Source: Lepidodermella squamata
Lineage: Eukaryota; Animalia; Gastrotricha
Assembly: GCA_047495785.1 (NCBI GenBank)
Contig: JBLDXI010000009.1
Coordinates: forward strand, 5,456,001-5,520,000
Reading direction: 5' to 3'
DNA length: 64,000 bases
The notes beneath the pieces were generated by a model. That model was not told where the DNA came from. It saw only the letters and a list, made by a program, of their open reading frames with translations, and did not search any database. Each line of letters starts with the position of its first letter. The first letter of the stretch is position 1. Positions 60,638-64,000 of the stretch are shown here, piece by piece. Both the position numbers and the translations under genes were made by a program.

Positions 60638-61613
60638 ATGAGTTATCACTTATCCAACCTATTTGCCTCGCCGCAATCAAGCCCTAGTCCGTATGCCGAC
60701 CACGCCTATGCCGGCATTGCGGGCTCTATGAACCCGCATGAAATGGCGGAAAGTCTCGCCGATATTCAAATCCACGAGGCCGTTGTATCGCATGCCCCAT
60801 TGGAACACGAGCTGCAACCGGCTGTATCGGTTGTTATGTCAGAGCAGCAATCTACGGTTTTTTCGGCCCCTTCTCCGGCTTCTGGGCACCTCAAGATATC
60901 CGTATACGATATTAACGATTTTATTCAGCGGCAACTGACCGAGGAGCTGAACCAACACCGTTTGTCCGACAATCCACTTGTCAAACTCACAGCCATTTCT
61001 TCAGTGGAGCAATCTGATGGAATCGTGCACTGGAACGAGCAGATGAAGAAGGACTTCAAGCGCGGAAAAAGACGGAGTCTCAAGTGCAAGTTGCAAATGC
61101 AGGATTTCCTCGCTAATTTTCGCATAACTCAGCTGGAAGGTCAGCGTTTCGGTGTTGATTCGACGAAATCAGTCACCGTCAAATACAAGGAGTAAAAATG
61201 CTCATAGGAATCAATATAGTTTTAAAAATTATTTCTACATTAGTTTCGGTGGTATGGGAAATTTGACAGTCGATCTGCATCTGAGGAGATTGATCTCCAG
61301 CTGCACAAGCAGCCAATATCCAGCTGAAATGGGCCATGTAGCCGAGTCAAGTGAGTCCAGCGACCCGGCCACTAGCTCAATGGGAGCCAGGCAACTGGTT
61401 GTTGGCACCCTGCCGGTTGAGACCAGCTTGGCAGCTGAAGCCGCCCTGCCAGTTGAGACCAGCTTGGCAGCTGAAGCCGCCCTGCCAGTTGAGACCAGCT
61501 TCCCAGTTGAGGACATTCTCCCAACTGAAGTCATCATCAAATCGGCCGTGGCCAGCAAATCGGATTCTGCGGTTGCCTCCTCTAAGAACCCATATGAATG
61601 CTTTGGGTTTTAA
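60638..61613 (+). CDS. Orphan protein (2 exons) with an internal 12-aa repeat
   Basis: ORF 60539-61195 joins ORF 61152-61613 through a short GT-AG intron (~61192-61242). Confidence 0.5.
61408..61510 (+). repeat. 36-bp coding tandem repeat (LPVETSLAAEAA, about 2.6 copies)
   Basis: CCCTGCC(G/A)GTTGAGACCAGCTTGGCAGCTGAAGCCG repeated. Confidence 0.9.
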
Positions 61614-61938
61614 TTTTGTTAAAATTTTTTTATATGAATCGTCATAACTCTGAAACTTATTCCTCGAATTTCTAATTAGCGCATCATTAGTCACCGGTCA
61701 GCTGACAAAAGATCCTATTAGACTTTCCGGCTTTTCCACATTCATCGGAGTCATAAATGAGATACTATATTTTAATTTCCTACGCATCTCATTCGTGGCA
61801 TATTGTGACATTTTCAAAATCCTTTGAAAAAAAATAGCAAGTAATCGGTTTCCAAGTCTCTCTTTTCTTTATTTTGGTGTTTAATGTTACAGAAAGGGAG
61901 TTAATATTTGCATAATTAACGGCGTAGTAAGCCGAGAA

Positions 61939-64000
61939 ATGGGAGACCGCGAGCAGCAGCCACCCAAGTTGAAATTTGCACCGATAAAAGTCGGCGGAAA
62001 AATACCGACCGTAAAAGTAAGCATGGTTGCTGAGGACGCTCGGTGTTTGAGTGACCAAGAACTGGCCCAACAACAGGATAGTTTCACGCAGTACATGACT
62101 GGTAGAGCTATCAAACAACTAATTCATGTATATTTCTTCAATTTATAGTTTGTAGCTATTTCATCTTCATTTTCTCTCATTAGCCACCGCTTCACGGCCA
62201 ACCGAGCCGAAAGCGAGCCGCAGAGGTTTCAGTTGATTTAGGGCGAGCAGCCTATGCCGAGTTGGTTCCAGTTGTTGAACGAGTTCAGGCAAGTGAATCA
62301 GTGAGTCGAACTCAACCAAGCGAGCCAGTCAGTCGGACTAATGATTCTGATGAAGTGGTAAATCATAACAGACGTCAAAATCGCGCCAAAGCCAATAAAG
62401 CGCCAGCAGATCTGGATCGGCCCAAGCCATCCGGTGTGAAGCGCGGGCCATACAGAGCTAGGGCGCTGAAGCCTCAATTCGTTGGTCCACACCTTCCGAA
62501 CCAAAGGCCTTGGAGATGGTTGATGCCTAGCAGCAGACTAACACGCGTCAACAGTGTAATCGATCGAGCTCTAAAATTGGCCTGGCATAACCTTAAAACG
62601 AATGAAGAGAGTCATTTTCCCGCTTACTGTGTAGAGCGAGCCAAATTGGTAACCACACTACGCTATATCGGCACAACTCGCGAACGTTACGTCGTCCGTC
62701 GGATTTTTCCTCGATTATCGTCCGAAGAACATAAATCCACTGCACTAAACAAACACAAAAAGTGGGTATTAATGATGCTTTCCATGTATTTTTTAAATAT
62801 AGGCAAATATATTCGCAAATTTCTCGACTGCTGGTATCGGGAAAAATACGCATTTTTTTAATATTTAATAAAAATTAGTAATTAATAAAAAAGTCATTAT
62901 AAATTAAAAATTTCGGAACCTTACCTATTTGTTTCTGTTTCATATCAGCTTGGTATTGACTTGTGTGAGAAATGCAATATCGATTCGAAAAGCCAGACTG
63001 GCCTTGTCGAGCGTAACCAAGAAGGCAAAGATTGTTGTACTCGCCAAAGCTCGGAAACAGCTTAGAGGCGATTTTGTGGTAAAAGATCATCCAGACAATA
63101 AAGGTTCGTGCCTTGTGATGCAACAGGTGTGCGATAAGTTGTACGACTTGGGCTATATTCAACCGAGCGATAAGCCGTGCCTACTTAGGCTGATGGCTGA
63201 TGGTTCGCCTTCGCAAGGCTGGGGTCCTCCCACCGTAGCCGCTTCAATTTGTGTCGCAGACAAGAAAAGGAAGGTGGAGACAAAAGGTGATATTGTCGTA
63301 GGCTGTTATCGGGGGAAAGAATCGGCGACTAATTTCCAACGTTACTTCGGGGAACTTTTTCGGGACTTGGAAAGTTTGGTCGAAAATGGCTACATGCGGA
63401 GCGAGAAAGCCCAAAAAATCGCCATCAAGCTTGTTGTTTGCTGTGACTGGTCTGCAATGTATAAAGTATGTAAATAATGTTACTGATATAGCGGAAATAG
63501 GTCACCTTTCTTGTATTATAAGTTGCTCGGAGCTGGTTGTCCTAGTTCCAAGCATCCGTGCTTTGTCTGTAACTATCTCCAGCCGGCTAATCCCGCGCAG
63601 ACGCCGGAGGATTACTATCACACTCCATGTTCTACTCGCAACTATACGTTTGACGAGCTTACAGATGAATTACGAGCTTGTGGCCACGACAGTCGACCAT
63701 TACTTCCGCACTTGACAGCGGTGTGTTACTGGCCGTGCCTTCTTCACGCATTCGCAAGGCTGAGCGGTAGTTTGTTGAAAAACGTAAATTATCCATTGAT
63801 TTTCTTTCATTTCAACATCTCGATTTCAAACATTATTTCAGACGCTCAATGACATGCATCGTTTTCATCTGAATGAACAAATACCAGTGCTTATTGATCG
63901 AATGAAGTCCATCAGCAAGGGCATTGAAGTCGGTATGAACAAACAGAAGTACAAAGTTAGCGGAATCACCCATTCTGACATGGCTAAAGTGGCATGCGAA
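61939..64000 (+). mobile_element. Intron-containing RAG1/Transib-like DDE transposase gene, truncated by the window end
   Basis: LRLMADG (first Asp), GCYRGKES, VVCCDWSAMYK|LLGAGCPSSKHPCFVC (second Asp plus CxxC), PLL..WPCLLHAFARL. Short GT-AG introns keep the frame. Linkage of the 5' exons is inferred. Confidence 0.75.

Noticed and set aside
59132-61613. RAG2-like partner for the RAG1-like transposase
   Set aside because: No kelch repeats or PHD finger are visible, and the orientation does not match the convergent RAG1L-RAG2L layout.

Overview
This is a gene-dense eukaryotic (animal, invertebrate-like) nuclear window with many short GT-AG introns. Protein genes in order: two tandem phospholipid scramblases (-); a CAPON/NOS1AP-like PTB adaptor (+); a beta-mannosyltransferase/GH130-fold-like type II membrane protein (-); three tandem small secreted-protein genes (-), including a cystine-knot-like protein and a probable Cys-loop RYF-amide neuropeptide precursor; a C2H2 zinc-finger factor (-); two tandem P5B-ATPases (+); a catalytically dead astacin-EGF-CUB-kringle protein (+); CDV3 (-); LMBR1-family (-); and, running off the right edge, an intron-containing RAG1/Transib-like DDE transposase preceded by two orphan genes and a possible CAC-starting terminus. 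Five tRNA blocks hold 29 tRNA genes or remnants. They are overlapping pieces, in both orientations, of one non-redundant 15-anticodon (14 amino acid) cassette, and one tRNA-Ser copy is split by a TIR element with an 8-bp TSD. Several MITEs, two LINE remnants and a Tc1 remnant are also present. Exon boundaries and family assignments were made by eye from motifs; no searches were run.
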